Assembly: GCA_000320545.1 (NCBI GenBank)
Contig: ADNK01003223.1
Location: forward strand, 1 to 62,004
Length of the DNA: 62,004 bases
Origin: Bigelowiella natans CCMP2755
Taxonomy: Eukaryota; Protista; Cercozoa
Direction of reading: 5' to 3'
Shown here: one piece after another, positions 46,258-58,523 of the stretch
Position numbering within the stretch: position 1 is the first letter of the stretch
Layout: each line of letters begins with the position of its first letter
The notes under the pieces: generated by a model
Seen by the model: the letters and a program-made list of their open reading frames with translations, nothing else
Database searches by the model: none
Told to the model about the DNA's origin: nothing
Translations under genes and position numbers: made by a program

Positions 46258-46955
46258 AATTTTCTTTTGTCAAGAACAGCTATGCGTTGCATCATCACCT
46301 CCATTATAGTTTGTTTCCCGTGTGTTGCGCTGCATGCTCACGCACGAGGTCCATTTGAACAAAATAATGACAGATGTGTTGTGTATGTGAAATAGATTGT
46401 AGAAGTCACACAGCTTGAGAACCAACAGGCTGGTGGTGCTGCCGCCTCCCTGATTCATGCTGAGGTAGTAATTGTCCGGCAAACAACCCAGTCCTGATTT
46501 ATCAAAAAGTAGCACATGATGATATGCAGACGAACAATCAGGGGTTAATGCCTCTGATCCCTGGCGAGCCTCTCTTATTTGTCCTTGATACGAATGATTT
46601 GTATCAATGTGTCAGCTTTGTTTCTGGTCTCTCTCTCCCTAGAATTTTATCTACGTTCTTGATCAACACCTTGCTAATATTATACCCGCTGCACAGATTC
46701 CGCTCGCAGAAATGGTTGGATATGCCACTGCTCTGAGAGCGATGTCTCAAGGTAACGGCAACTTCGAAATGAGCTTTTTGGAATATCGTTACGTTGGCCA
46801 GGTATGTGACAGCTAGTACGATGACTGTTGTAATCTTTATTAACGTCTGTGCATTTCTATCATGGAGAACCGAGAAGAATAAGATATACAATATCTTGTT
46901 GTGCAATTTTTAGGACATGCAAGAGAAACTCATGGAAGATCCATATCATTTTTGA
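37443..46955 (+). CDS. GFM2: Mitochondrial elongation factor G2 / ribosome-releasing factor 2 (EF-G family GTPase), about 30 or more short exons
   Basis: An Arg-rich presequence is followed by [108 protein letters not shown] and IPLAEMVGYATALRAMSQG; stop 46953-46955. GDVDxGxTVTDFL is typical of EF-G2mt. Confidence 0.85.
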
Positions 46956-47189
46956 TCTTTGACGGTATACAGTATAGAGTTGTCACCATTAAAATCCTTG
47001 TTTGGCGACAGAACTGGAAAAGGGTGGTGATTTGCTTTTCTTTGTACTCGGCGTACAGTTGTGTGTGAATAACATCGTCATGTATGAGTTTTCATCTTTT
47101 GGTGGTAGTAGGCTCATTAATTGCGGTAGACGTACAGACATGACATGCGTTCGAATTTGTGTGTGCTCGATCGGGCTGGCGAGCCGGTA

Positions 47190-47239
47190 ATCATGGAGTG
47201 TGTAGAATACACATGCATGTACATGTGCATCTGTGTCTA

Positions 47240-47271
<32 letters not shown>

Positions 47272-47900
47272 GCACATTGATCTAGACATGCTATCTAGCT
47301 GTGCGTGCATGCGCTTTGACGAGCGAGCTTGAGAAGAATGCATCAGTCTAGTAGCAGTGCGGTGAATGTGACGTCAAACGACATGCAATCGAGCACTGAG
47401 CAACGCATGGTAACAACAATGAAGCGCGCGCGCACCAAAATGGCACATTGTTTGGCATTTGCATTCACCGGCCGGCGTCGTATGCGCACCGAACTAGCGA
47501 GCAATCTCACACATGTCTACTGGGTGCAAACGGTATTTCTGCTGTGCACATGCCACGCTCAGATTGGAGCGGTGAAATGCTAACAAGGTCGTGAAAATGC
47601 GATTGCATCAACGGCAATCGTAAGGCATTTAGGCATGCAAAGTTGTATATACTTTTAAGATGTACATGTGGTCACCAGTCCGCATCTTTGGATCTTTAGA
47701 CATCATCATGCGTGCGCGTCGTAGCGTCAATATAATTAATCGTACGCACATGCATCCACATCTATCTAGCTATCCAAACATTTGCTTAGCGCGAGCAAAC
47801 GGACCATGCTCGCTGCAATATGCTGGGTTGCGCTATTACCTGTTGATTCCCACATGGCTAGGAGGAAATGAAGTAGTTGCATGTGTACATGTAAACTGCA
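47190..47900. other. TpA-depleted CTAG/CATG-rich island between convergent GFM2 and V-ATPase C 3' ends
   Basis: Core 47220-47620 has few TAs, mostly in CTA/TAG; TCTAGA, CATG and TGCA are frequent. Confidence 0.65.
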
Positions 47901-48092
47901 ATTAGAACTCCAAGTAATAAGTATGCCACATAAAACAGTGTCAACCTCCTGTTTTTCTGCATATTCTTTCTGCATTTGCTATACCCCATACAAACTCCGG
48001 AACTACTCTTTTCTCCCTGCTTTCCACTACCCACTGAAAGTCATCATCCTTCACATATCGTTCTATTTTACTAGTCGATTTTTCTTGCTTAA

Positions 48093-48764
48093 TTACGAGT
48101 GATTTAAATCAATTGGTAGGTAGACGTAAGGATAGAAGTCAGCACCAAAGCCGCTGTAATCAGTTTCGCTTGCATCAAGTTGCCTGGTCACCTGCGAAAG
48201 AAAGAAAAACAACAAAATCAAAAGACGTCGCAGCATGCCGTGTGTACTTGGCGTGCACAACGTTGTTATTGTTGTCAATGCTGCCTGTCATAATTGTTGC
48301 TTGTATTTAATGGGGAGAGACTGTATTATTATGTGCTATATTATTTTACAGTCGGTATTAACTGCAGAATTGTGTACTACTACTACTTTCAAAGTAAAAC
48401 TCCCAATTTCATGCCACACTCAAATACTCAATAATAGGAATAGTATCTGCCATCTGACTGACCTCCTCTGAAGCAAGGCCTGAGTAGAGTTTCGCCATGA
48501 TTTTTCGCACGTGATCTTCTCGACCAGAAGTCACCTGAACAAGCGCTGCCTGGATGTGATTTGGGAAAATCATTTTGAAGTCCTCATTCCTCTTCGGGAG
48601 ACCAAATCGTAGGATTGACTCGGCGAAACAACGGACAGCTTTGACGTGCATCCAACCCACGAATATTTCAGGATAAAGGTGCCGGCATTTCAGTTGGGCG
48701 TGATTCTGTGATACATGTAGCATGGAGGACGTAACGGACGAATAATAGAGCGTCGTGACGTAAC

Positions 48765-48798
<34 letters not shown>

Positions 48799-48873
48799 AC
48801 GTAGAAAACACGCATAGGAGGGCAATTGTTAGTAGTAGATCAACCTCAAACCATCGCAGTCAACAAGGAAAAA

Positions 48874-48906
<33 letters not shown>

Positions 48907-51841
48907 AAAGAAGAAGATAAGGATCGCGAAACAACATCATCATGGAGGAGTGGCAATAGTTGTGCGTCTCCAATCCCCTCTCTCACGAATGCCATGCCTG
49001 CCCTGCCCTAATATTGTGCTTACAAAGCTCTTTTTCTTCTCCGCGATGAGCTGCTGCTTTTTCTTGTGATGCTTTTTCTCCCCTTCAGCATCGTACTTGT
49101 AGGCTCGCACGGTTAGACGCTTCTCACGACACAACTTTAACACTTCATCCTTGAATTTCCTCATAATCACCTGGTGGTGGTGAGATGATGATTGATAACG
49201 ATTGTAACGAGTAACTACGAAACATCATTATGATCTTAAGATGCCGACAGGAGAACATATCATAGTCTTCCTCCTCATCATCACCATGATTATTATCCAT
49301 CTTCAGCTTGAGTACATATGCTAGTATGCTTTTACATACAATCACTGCAGGCTGGTATTCGAGAATGGTGATGATGCAGGAGCAGCAGCAGCAGGTTATC
49401 AGCACTATTTGGCACTACTCTGTATCATCAAGTAATCGACACTAGTTTCTCCCCATTACTATCTATCTAAAGAATCATCAATGTAATATATTGTTGTATA
49501 TTTCACAACCATCGAGAAGAGTGAGTATTCATCATCCTCCTTGATCAGATTTGCGGATCCTGGGACGATATACGGTGGCTCATCTATCTTTTTCTTTTCC
49601 TGTGTGCGCTGCAACTCACGGTTATGCTTCTCGATCTTGGCCTGCGCCGCCTGGTATTCCTAATAATGTACAAAGATGGTTGTCACATGATGGCAAACAT
49701 CCAAAAGGCTAAAAAATATCTTAAAGTGATATTGAGTAGTAAAGCTACTACTCTGAAATTTATCAGTATTGATTTAACAGACAGTGACAAATTCAATATT
49801 CGACTACTACTATTACCTTCATCACCATCTTACGACAGGCATTAATTCTCTCCGATTTGATTTCAAATTCTTCGGCTGTGAGAACTGCGTCAACGACTGC
49901 ACGCTTTGCCCCAGCTAGATAGTGTCAGTAACAATACAAGAATCAAACTCATGGTTTACAAGTAACAAGAAAGGGAAAATATCGGCGGAATATAATAAAT
50001 AGAGATAGAAGCACGTGACCAAACAAAATTTTGGGTCGAAAGGTCATCTTCCTCATTCCCACCCTGATATTCATCACATGCAACCGCATATGAAGTTCTT
50101 AAATAATGGAATAAGGTAAAAAATTGAAGAAAATATAGTATAAATACATGTGTTTGGCGCCTGCGACTCATATGGGCTGAGCTTTGCATCAATCGCATCA
50201 ATAAGCAGCGGCTTGAGCTGATCCACATTGCTCTTTAATTTCGTGACCGCCTCCGTCCGTCCTACTACATGTTTCTCATCGTCGCCTTTGCTCTTACCAA
50301 CAGAGAATCTACCGTCCTGTATGGCTTTGGTTAAGGTTCGAGATTTTCGCATAAGATCTGCCACGTGCTTGTATACAGCACCGCCTTGTAACATCACCCC
50401 ACGCTTTTCTGGGTCTGATGCTTGAGAAATTAGCGATGGTACTCCCTTCTCAACTTCCACGCGCTCCTAATATGAGAAAGCCAGAAACGAAGAAAATAAC
50501 AGTGTTAGAACGGATTGCAGTATTAAGATGTCTATGCAGATAAAAAGATTTATTCTTGTCGAATATATTTACGATCCTTTTTGATGTGAAAAGGGACACA
50601 CTGAAGAGAATGTAATAGTGTGAAGGAAACAAGTGGCAAGCAAGCAATTCGGTACAACATCACTGCATCTCATAACTATCTCAGCACACTCCCATATTCA
50701 TTGTTAAGTTCATTGTTGCGTTCATATGATATATCATATTGTACTACAACGTACATGATTGTAGAAGTAGAAATAAAAAAAGGTGTTCAGGTGACCGGCA
50801 CCATCTTCTTATCACCCCATTCTCTTCATCATCACAATGAAGGTGACATCGTGAGTGTGATAACTTTTTACCGAATCAAGCTTGATCCGCCCTTCCTCAA
50901 GCTTCTTCTGCTCCCTTCGTTTCTTATATCCAACCTCCATAGTTTCATAAGTTTCCAGGAAACTCTCCTTCTTTTTTTGGCTCACGACAACGAAGATGAC
51001 TTCTAATGAAGGAGAAGGGTACAGCTCAACCTTCTTAATGATGGGTGCCAGCGGTCGGACTAGGAGAGTACCGTTATCGGTTCTTTCGATACCATCCAAC
51101 GTCTGAGTTACTTCATTCAATGTGCTCACACGACCCTTGATGTCTGCTTCGTACTTTTTCACATCCTAATCGTGAAAAATGTAAGTTAAGACCAGCTCTG
51201 ACAATTTTATTATTGATTGTCATGTTCGTTTTGCATACTGTCGCTGATTCGAATTGGAGCGTCTACTCAGTGCACACAAGTAGAAGACACAACGAAAGAC
51301 AGGGACAAGGAAAGTGTCCGAATAGCGGCTATAAAAAGTACCGTTTCGATGCCTTCCGTGATTTCTTGAAGTGAGGATGAGGTCTTGAATTTGACGAAAG
51401 ACCACTGAAAACTTTCAACATATCGGGTCTTTGTCATATTCTCGACACCAAGCTCCGTAGCCTTTCCAAGAAGCTCCTCCAATGTTTTGGCTACCTTTCC
51501 GAGTGTGAGTGCAATGAGCGAATCCACCTTCGAAAGAGATTCTGTGAGCGACATCAAGGAGTCTAGGGTGCCGATCTTCAGGTTGCCTGGAACCTCAAAC
51601 TTTGTCACTTTAGCGTACCTTGATTCATAATCAAAACTTAAAGAACCACACGATGATGCAAGCATAAAGAGAGAGAGAAGTGGCATTGGACATATGAAGC
51701 AACTGACAGTTCACCACAAGCTATTTCAATGCCTCATTACCCTCGCAATGCGTCCATCAACTTCTGCAACCCAATCCTTTGATTTCCCTTGTGCTCCTGC
51801 GGGAATGCAACAAGCCAATACGGGTCGATTCGCTTGGCCAT
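48093..51841 (-). CDS. ATP6V1C: V-type ATPase V1 subunit C with a large internal insertion
   Basis: MAKRIDPYWLVAFP...FEVPGNLKIGTLDSLMSLTESLSKVD, YVESFQW, ERTDNGTLLVRPL, IFVVV...FLETYETM, IVPGSANLIKEDDEYSLF, CREKRLTVRAY, FVGWMHVKAVRCFAESILRFGLP and FYPYVYLPI; stop at 48093. Confidence 0.92.
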
Positions 51842-52299
51842 AGCTCAGCGCTTGTAAGTCAATCTGGAATGTTATTCGCGTCGAAAAAAAACTGGTTCTT
51901 CTCCCTTCGAGAAGAAACTTTCAATGATCTGCGATATGCTCTACTTCCCGCTTCTGTATCTCTTCACTGAGATTGTCTCTTCGATTCGCGCAGCCTGATA
52001 AGTTTATTAGTTTACTTTTTACGGTACGATTATCGACGTAATGGGTCATTTTGCGCAATTTCTAAAATTCAAATCAGTTAGAATTAAATAAAGCATGATT
52101 TATAAAAACACAACAATCGAAACCACAAGAATCATGCTACGAGCAGGGGTGGAAGAAGGCCGGGGTTCTACGTACTTGGTGTGGTTCGAACCAGCCCCAC
52201 CCTCTGATCTAGCCCTCTGTGAACACACGGTGCGACCTGGATTCGCTTGGATTATCAAGTAACGACATAAAAAATATGACTAATTTACATTAAAATGTA

Positions 52300-53560
52300 G
52301 TGGGTTTGATACAATCGAAGTATGCGTGGGATTCCTGTGTTGAAATTCTGGGATTGCACCTACAAGGCAAAATTACCTCACATTGTTTGAATGCGTCAAT
52401 TGAACTAATTCAGATTTACATTGGGGTTGCATGGTGCCCTCGCGGCTTCATTTTACTTGACCTTTTCGAGACTCTCGGGAGATCAATCGATTCTCAGGCC
52501 ACTGCGAAAGGACTCAAGGTTCAAGACCCGAAGTGTTTCTGTTTGCTGCAGTTGATTGAGAGGATCGTCAGAAGTCCACAAGTGCCAATCAATGAATGAG
52601 AACATGAACGAAGTGTTTCCAATGGTGCAGTGAGAGGACAGAGCAGCGCACCTTGTTGGAATGTCGAACGTTCACTTGCTCTGCTGTTTGGTGCTCGTTC
52701 AACTGACAATTCGTTCGTTCAACGTGGCTAGCTGGCTTTTCAAGAACAATGACACCCAGAACATTGAACTTCGATTGTGGGGCGGGGGACACGCATCTAG
52801 ACGTTTCGACTGGTTCTTGAAGGAACGAATGCACCAGTGCAGTCAGTGAACAATGTGTGACAAACTCCAGAATTGACGAAGCAATTCCGAGGAAGGTGGT
52901 GATGGAGTTCTTCAACAGACGTGCGAATCATGATGAACCAGTCTAGCAGTCTGTTTGAACGAACACTGTTGCACCAGCTGTCAATTGAAATGAAGGTTGC
53001 AAAATTGAATTCATCAAAGCAAAAGTTTCCATTCGGCACCTGGGCACGCCAGCTAGCCAGCCCCAGTGCACATGCTGACATGCCAGCCAACAACACGTGA
53101 CAGAGCTGACATGTCGACATCAGGTGTGTTCCATGCGTGAAAGCCATTTGACAGCTTCAGAAGCTCCGCCAGAGCTCGCAGCGTGCATCGCACCCTCGTC
53201 AAGCTCTAGCTAGCTCCACGCTGCTAGCACTAGAGCACTAGACAGCACCTGTTCTGCCTTTGCACTGTGCGCCTACTAGCCTACAGTGCGTTCGCGGTGA
53301 ACAAACACAGCAAGCCATGTACCAGTCTAGCAGCGCAACCTGTGACGCCGCCAGCAATGCACACAAACCGAGGTGCAACAACTCTTATAATGCGAATTTT
53401 CACAGCACAATTAGCAAATGCAAGCTTACAAAGGTGCCATTTTCCGCTTGTTTGTTTCTGTTTCCTTCAAGGTTTGCTGCAGCACAATACGCGGCACATT
53501 GTGCATGCATCCTTTCACATGTGATTGACTACAAAATTTTAAGAGGAAGAAATCGCAACG
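52300..53560. other. Strongly TpA-purged intergenic island downstream of INO80C
   Basis: 52456-53272 (817 bp) contains 9 TAs by hand count and all 9 are CTAG. Confidence 0.9.
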
Positions 53561-53584
53561 CTTGCAAATCCATGCATCAACACG

Positions 53585-54372
53585 CTACAGTTTCGTATTG
53601 GCACCCCGAATCTTCAGGTATTTCTCTTTAAGGGTTGATGGCATGTTCTTGACCATTTGATATAGACTCGCTGATGAATATCTTAATCTGGTACGTGGTT
53701 CACGATACTTCGCCTAATTGGGGGAGAAAGGCGATTTCACCATCTTGTACAACGTTATGCATATGATGTACCTCAAATCCTGTAATATCACAATACTTTT
53801 TCGGAGGAAGAATGGATGGGCCGACTTGGATACTGGCGTCTGATGGAACGAATTCAATGTTACATTTCTACTCAAGTGTTATGTAATCAAATTAGTGTGG
53901 CCACTACATGTTGGAATCTTGGACGGGATTTTAGAGTAGTGTTCTAATGCAATCGTCTGCCGCAGGTTTTTCCAATTTCTACCTCCACCCTGCCGTGAAA
54001 AAATTAGCCAACTCATTCATCTCGGGTTAAAACCCCTCACTTAGAGAAATATAATTTAATAAATGAATAACCTTCTTGATACTATAATAAACGAAAGATT
54101 ACCTTTCCTTTCTTTCGGATAACCGTGCTAAAGTCCTTGTTCTTAAATGAGTGTTCTCTGTCTGCGGTCGAGCTCTGATGCAACATAACCGTCACTAAAA
54201 AGACTTGAACAAATGAACTAGTAGTATTTACCGCAGCCCGATCCCCAAAGGAGTGATTACTAGGATCTTGTGTGATCTTCCTCCTAATCTTTGCTGGCCG
54301 GGTTCCATCTTCCCCGCTAGTCTGGCTCTGTGTCGCTCCGTATGCATCCTGCGCAGAACGCTTTGCTACCAT
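53585..54372 (-). CDS. INO80C: INO80 complex subunit C / Ies6 (YL1_C domain); start approximate
   Basis: Spliced: ...HSFKNKDF...RNWKNLRQTIALE...IPT-YASIQVGPSILPPKKYCDITGFE-AKYREPRTRLRY...EKYLKIRGANTKL*. This matches the Ies6 motif PSxxPxKKYCDITGxxAxYxDPxTxLRY. Confidence 0.88.
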
Positions 54373-54926
54373 TATTGTGGCGATTCGAAAACTTTATTTC
54401 TACAAGAGCAGAGTTTTGGAACTCGCAATAATCGGATGGATCACTGCTCCAATGCGACGAGTAATAGCTCTTTCCTTTTCTCCCCTCCCCCTTCGAGCCT
54501 TCTCCCTTGTTGCCCTGTTCTGAAAGGTGTGTCGCTGATATCATTCATCCTTCAACCACCTAAGACCTAAAATGTCTGTCAGTTTATAGATGCGACATAT
54601 ATTCAACCCAAATTTTCTTCGGAATTATTTGATAATCTGAGGTATTATTTTGTTGTTTTTATTATTTTTCGGCTTTTTTCTTTCTCGGCTCACGAGAAGT
54701 ACGAAAATTTGAAGTGAATTCAAATCGTAGGGATCGACCCCCTCCACAGGTAAAAGCATTCGATTCAGAAAACAAGGTTAAGCCGAAATTGAATATCGAT
54801 GTCATTCTAGTGAATAAATTGTTCTAGAGACTGTAGTCTTTCACATGGTGTGAGATAGAAAAGCCTGGAACTTTATGTGTAACCCCGATTGATAGAACTC
54901 TTTCGCTCAGGCTCAGTTGAGGAATA

Positions 54927-56152
54927 ATGAAAGCTTCTTGGCTAGTCAACATGAGTGGGAACAAAAACATAACAGCAATATGCATCCTATTAGTCTCGAC
55001 GCTCGCTGTTCAAATCCCAGCTGCTAAAGGTGGGGAAAAACTCACGTGGTTGTGATGAAGAAAAGGAATAATGTAAAATACCTAGGTTATTCAGAGCTGT
55101 AGTTTCTACTTTTTCTACTTTTTCTTTCAATTGTTCAAAATATTATATCCAAATTTCATTACTATTGAATTTGGAAGGAGCATATCTTGCGATAAAATAG
55201 AAACAACATGACATATCTTGCCCAGGCTCACGAGCAATGACCCAAACCGTGAAGTTGGCGGAGGGCAACGCAAAATCAGCAATTTCGTCGTCGTCATTTA
55301 TTGCTCTCTCAAGATCATCTTCTCGCACAAACTCGTCGTCCAAGAAGTCAATTGTGCGTAATAATTAGATATAACGAGATATTGATCTTGAGGAAAACGA
55401 ATATCCAAGTTTGGTTTTTTTGATAGTAATGCTTCTTTGGAGGGGGCTTAAGATGTGTACTACTCTATTTTCGTACATTTAGCTTATGTGAGTTTCATTG
55501 AAAGGGTGTTTCTTGTTAACTATTTTGCAAAAATTCAATAATGGAGACCCTGGACCTGTTTTGATCTATTGCAATTGTATGCCCCAACAAAACACACAAA
55601 GGGTTCCGATGCGGTGGATAGGATGGCTGAGGCTGCCATTGCCTCTGTCAAAAATGACGAAACGTTCCAGGTTAATAAATCCAAAGCATTTTGTTTTATT
55701 CAACAGCCGAAGAGACCGTGTTCAAGACGAAAAACTTCAATTTCATACCAAAACACTGCTTTGCTCAGCTGAAAACTTAACAAATAATAAGCTTTGCCAC
55801 CTTATTGTAAGCAATTCAACTTTCCTTACAGAAATTGGGAGATGATATTCCCGTTCCAAAACCGCTTCCCAAAATTTTCATTCCTTCAGTTGATAAAGGT
55901 TGCAAAAGTTTGCACAGATATTTTCGTAGCATCATTCAGAGAACGCAAACATATGCACTTCGCACGGCTGCTGTCTTCCGTCTTAAACAATACCAAAAGA
56001 AGAAAGCAATGAGAACAATATGTTTAAGATTTAATGTGGTATGTTTAGGAAACCCCGTGCCTCCTAATCTCTTCGAGGATGTAAAGCCAGCGTATGCTGA
56101 GTGGAAAGAAGTCAATGATTTTCTTAGTGACTTAGATAAGCATGCAGCTTAG
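54927..56152 (+). CDS. Hypothetical multi-exon protein with signal-peptide-like then Ser/Arg-rich N-terminus
   Basis: First exon MKASWLVNMSGNKNITAICILLVSTLAVQIPAAK; a later exon AISSSSFIALSRSSSRTNSSSK; last exon GNPVPPNLFEDVKPAYAEWKEVNDFLSDLDKHAA*. No family recognised and the exon chain is not fully resolved. Confidence 0.5.
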
Positions 56153-56199
56153 TAGATATGCTACCCAAAATATTGATTTGACCAAAATCGTGCGACGAT

Positions 56200-56720
56200 A
56201 CAGGGATCTACAACATGTAAAACATGCCGCCCTGCATGCACGCATTCGATCCGATGCAATGCTTTTGCGCTAGGGCTATGAGATGCATTGATCGTTTCAG
56301 CGCTGTAAAACCCGTGCCGACATGCAACGCATTTCGTATTTCGTACCGGTTAACCTTCGGGGTAAAATACGCAGACGTTACAACAGCCAAAAGCAACACG
56401 TGCACGCCATCTAGCCATCTCAAGTGGCTCGCTAGCTCCAATAACGGTGTGAACCAGATGAATGCGTGAGAGGCAAACGCGTTGTTAGACGTGCTTAGCT
56501 TGTAGTTGGATCGCGACCTTCTGGTATATCTACATGTAATACATGTTTAGCATCACAGACGGAAGACAATGCATGCAAAAGTTCCGTGTGGCCATGTCTG
56601 TCCACGTTGACTCATGCTATTCCGAGCACCTATTCGGTTCATCCACATGTCTAGATGTAAGTCTAGATGTTGCTTTTATGCGGTACATTACGTTGAGCGA
56701 TGTTACTTTTTTCTAGTTAA
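56200..56720. other. Weak CATG/CTAG-rich island between convergent 3' ends
   Basis: CATG, TGCA, GCTAG and TCTAGA clusters; many TAs are still present. Confidence 0.4.
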
Positions 56721-56995
56721 TACGGAGAGGGGACTAGCCAATTTCGCGTTAATTATTATTTATGTCAACCACAACATCGCTGTTGTTGTGGAAGCGTCCA
56801 ACACGCACCATTTTGTCCTGCAGCTCTGTTGCACAATCAAAGGGTTGCAAGCCTTTTTACTGTAATTATCTCAATATATCTTCTCAAGTGGTGGGGATTT
56901 CCCCGTGTTCAGGATACTGGGCGTTGAGCCATTTGCAATAACTGCCGTAATCAAACCATAGGTCAGTGAAAAATAAAAATGGTGCATGAAGCTCC

Positions 56996-58523
56996 TTACT
57001 CCAGATCATTGCCTTCCCCTTGGCACATTGTACGCATCCATTTTCTCTCAAAATATTCCAATCTGAAATACATTTGCAATTGGAATAGAACAAGATGTAG
57101 GCAGCTCTGTTGACGTGAATCCAACCTGTCACGGTCTGTTCGTTCCCCCGAGATGTACCAATCTAACTCTTAAAGGACAATCTATTACTTCCTTACTCTT
57201 ATAATCTGAATAATAACACTACCCTTTCTATTTTTTGCATAAAACATATCGATTCGAGCGCCTCCTCGATACAAATAATACCTGAAAAGGAATATTCAAT
57301 CGTTCTTTATTGAATTCATTTTGCTACATTTCTCTCTATGCAAAGTTAAGAATACGTTGGTAAACGCCTGGCTCCAAGAACCTCTCTTACGTACTCCGGA
57401 TATTTGTTAGCATTTATGCGCAAGTAAATTGCCTCTGTATTTGTGAACAACCGTACGATTAGTTGACATCATTTTAATTCTTCTTAGAAATTAAATTGAG
57501 CATAAAGGGAGAAAATTGTAGCATAAGAACTACAGAATAGCAGCAGTATTTGATGGAGAATTTCGTGTGTGCGTGTTGCTGAATATCAATTTTGGGCGGT
57601 TTTATGAAACACTGTTTAATTGATACAATTCGTCAAAAACTATTTTCAGGGCGATTTTTTTGATTTTAGACAATGTAAATTTGCACCAGGATGCTCGGCC
57701 GACAGAATTTCGAGACGAGGTTTGACCTATTGGGATAGGGGAAAACGGTTCGTGATAGTCCCTATTATACTACTTTGACGATCCTGAACAGCTGTACAAC
57801 TTTGTGATCATTTGCATTTCGGATACGGAACGACTACGTTAAATTTTAATCACATTTGTTAGGTGGGAGAATGATTACCCCTATGCAACGGTTATCATAT
57901 ACTTCCAAAACCATAAGCTTCTTTTTCTGGCCATCATATGCAATCATATGCAGATAAATCAACAAGCTGTTCCAGACTTTATCATCCGTAGAAAACCATT
58001 GATTTGATGAAAACACTAAGACTATTATTGAAAAGGTATCGCGTGTACGTAAGCATTTGCAGTCAAATATTCGTCCAGAAGTTGCAAGTCTTCAACCTAT
58101 GAGTTTAAAATAGAGATATAAGTGTCTGGATCAGTGGAAGGATGAAGATCATCGTGAAAACAGCATTAATGCTACTACCTCCCTGACGTTTGCTTTCGAA
58201 GAATGTGCTCTGGAAGCGAAGCATTCGTCGCCGGATTTTGGATCAAAATTGTATCCTTCGGTCATTTTTCTTCGTTTTTCTCCATTATTACTTTGGCTTA
58301 CCATAGTCTTAAACTTCCCCACCCTGGTTATTTTTGGAGCATGCGAAAGTAACGCTCTGCAGGAGAACCCGAAGCGTGGAATAGAGGATTTAGCACTAAA
58401 ATACCTAATGAAACGGAAATACTTAACCGCAATGTCGATTTTCACATAAGATCAGTAGTACGGAGTTGATGTCGCAGACGATAGGAACAGTAGAGATACC
58501 GGTACCATAACTGATCGTTCCAT
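56996..58523 (-). CDS. Thioredoxin-like protein with putative bipartite (signal + transit) N-terminus; C-terminal end approximate
   Basis: Spliced: MERSVMVPVSLLFLSSATSTP-YFSAKSSIPRFGFSCRALLSH...-VEDLQLLDEYLTANAY-KKKLMVLEVYDNRCIG-[CTA]-VKPRLEILSAEHP-EAIYLRINANKYPEYVREVLGARRLPT-YYLYRGGARID, a thioredoxin-fold pattern with the cis-Pro motif LPT. Confidence 0.7.

Noticed and set aside
52144-52220. tRNA gene
   Set aside because: It has a T-loop/B-box-like motif but no complete cloverleaf or anticodon arm, and the A-B box spacing is too short.
57930-57966. Selenocysteine reading LVDLSAYDCI-UGA in the thioredoxin-like gene
   Set aside because: The adjacent exon KKKLMVLEVYDNRCIG fits the thioredoxin fold better, so this stretch is probably intron; no SECIS was recognised.
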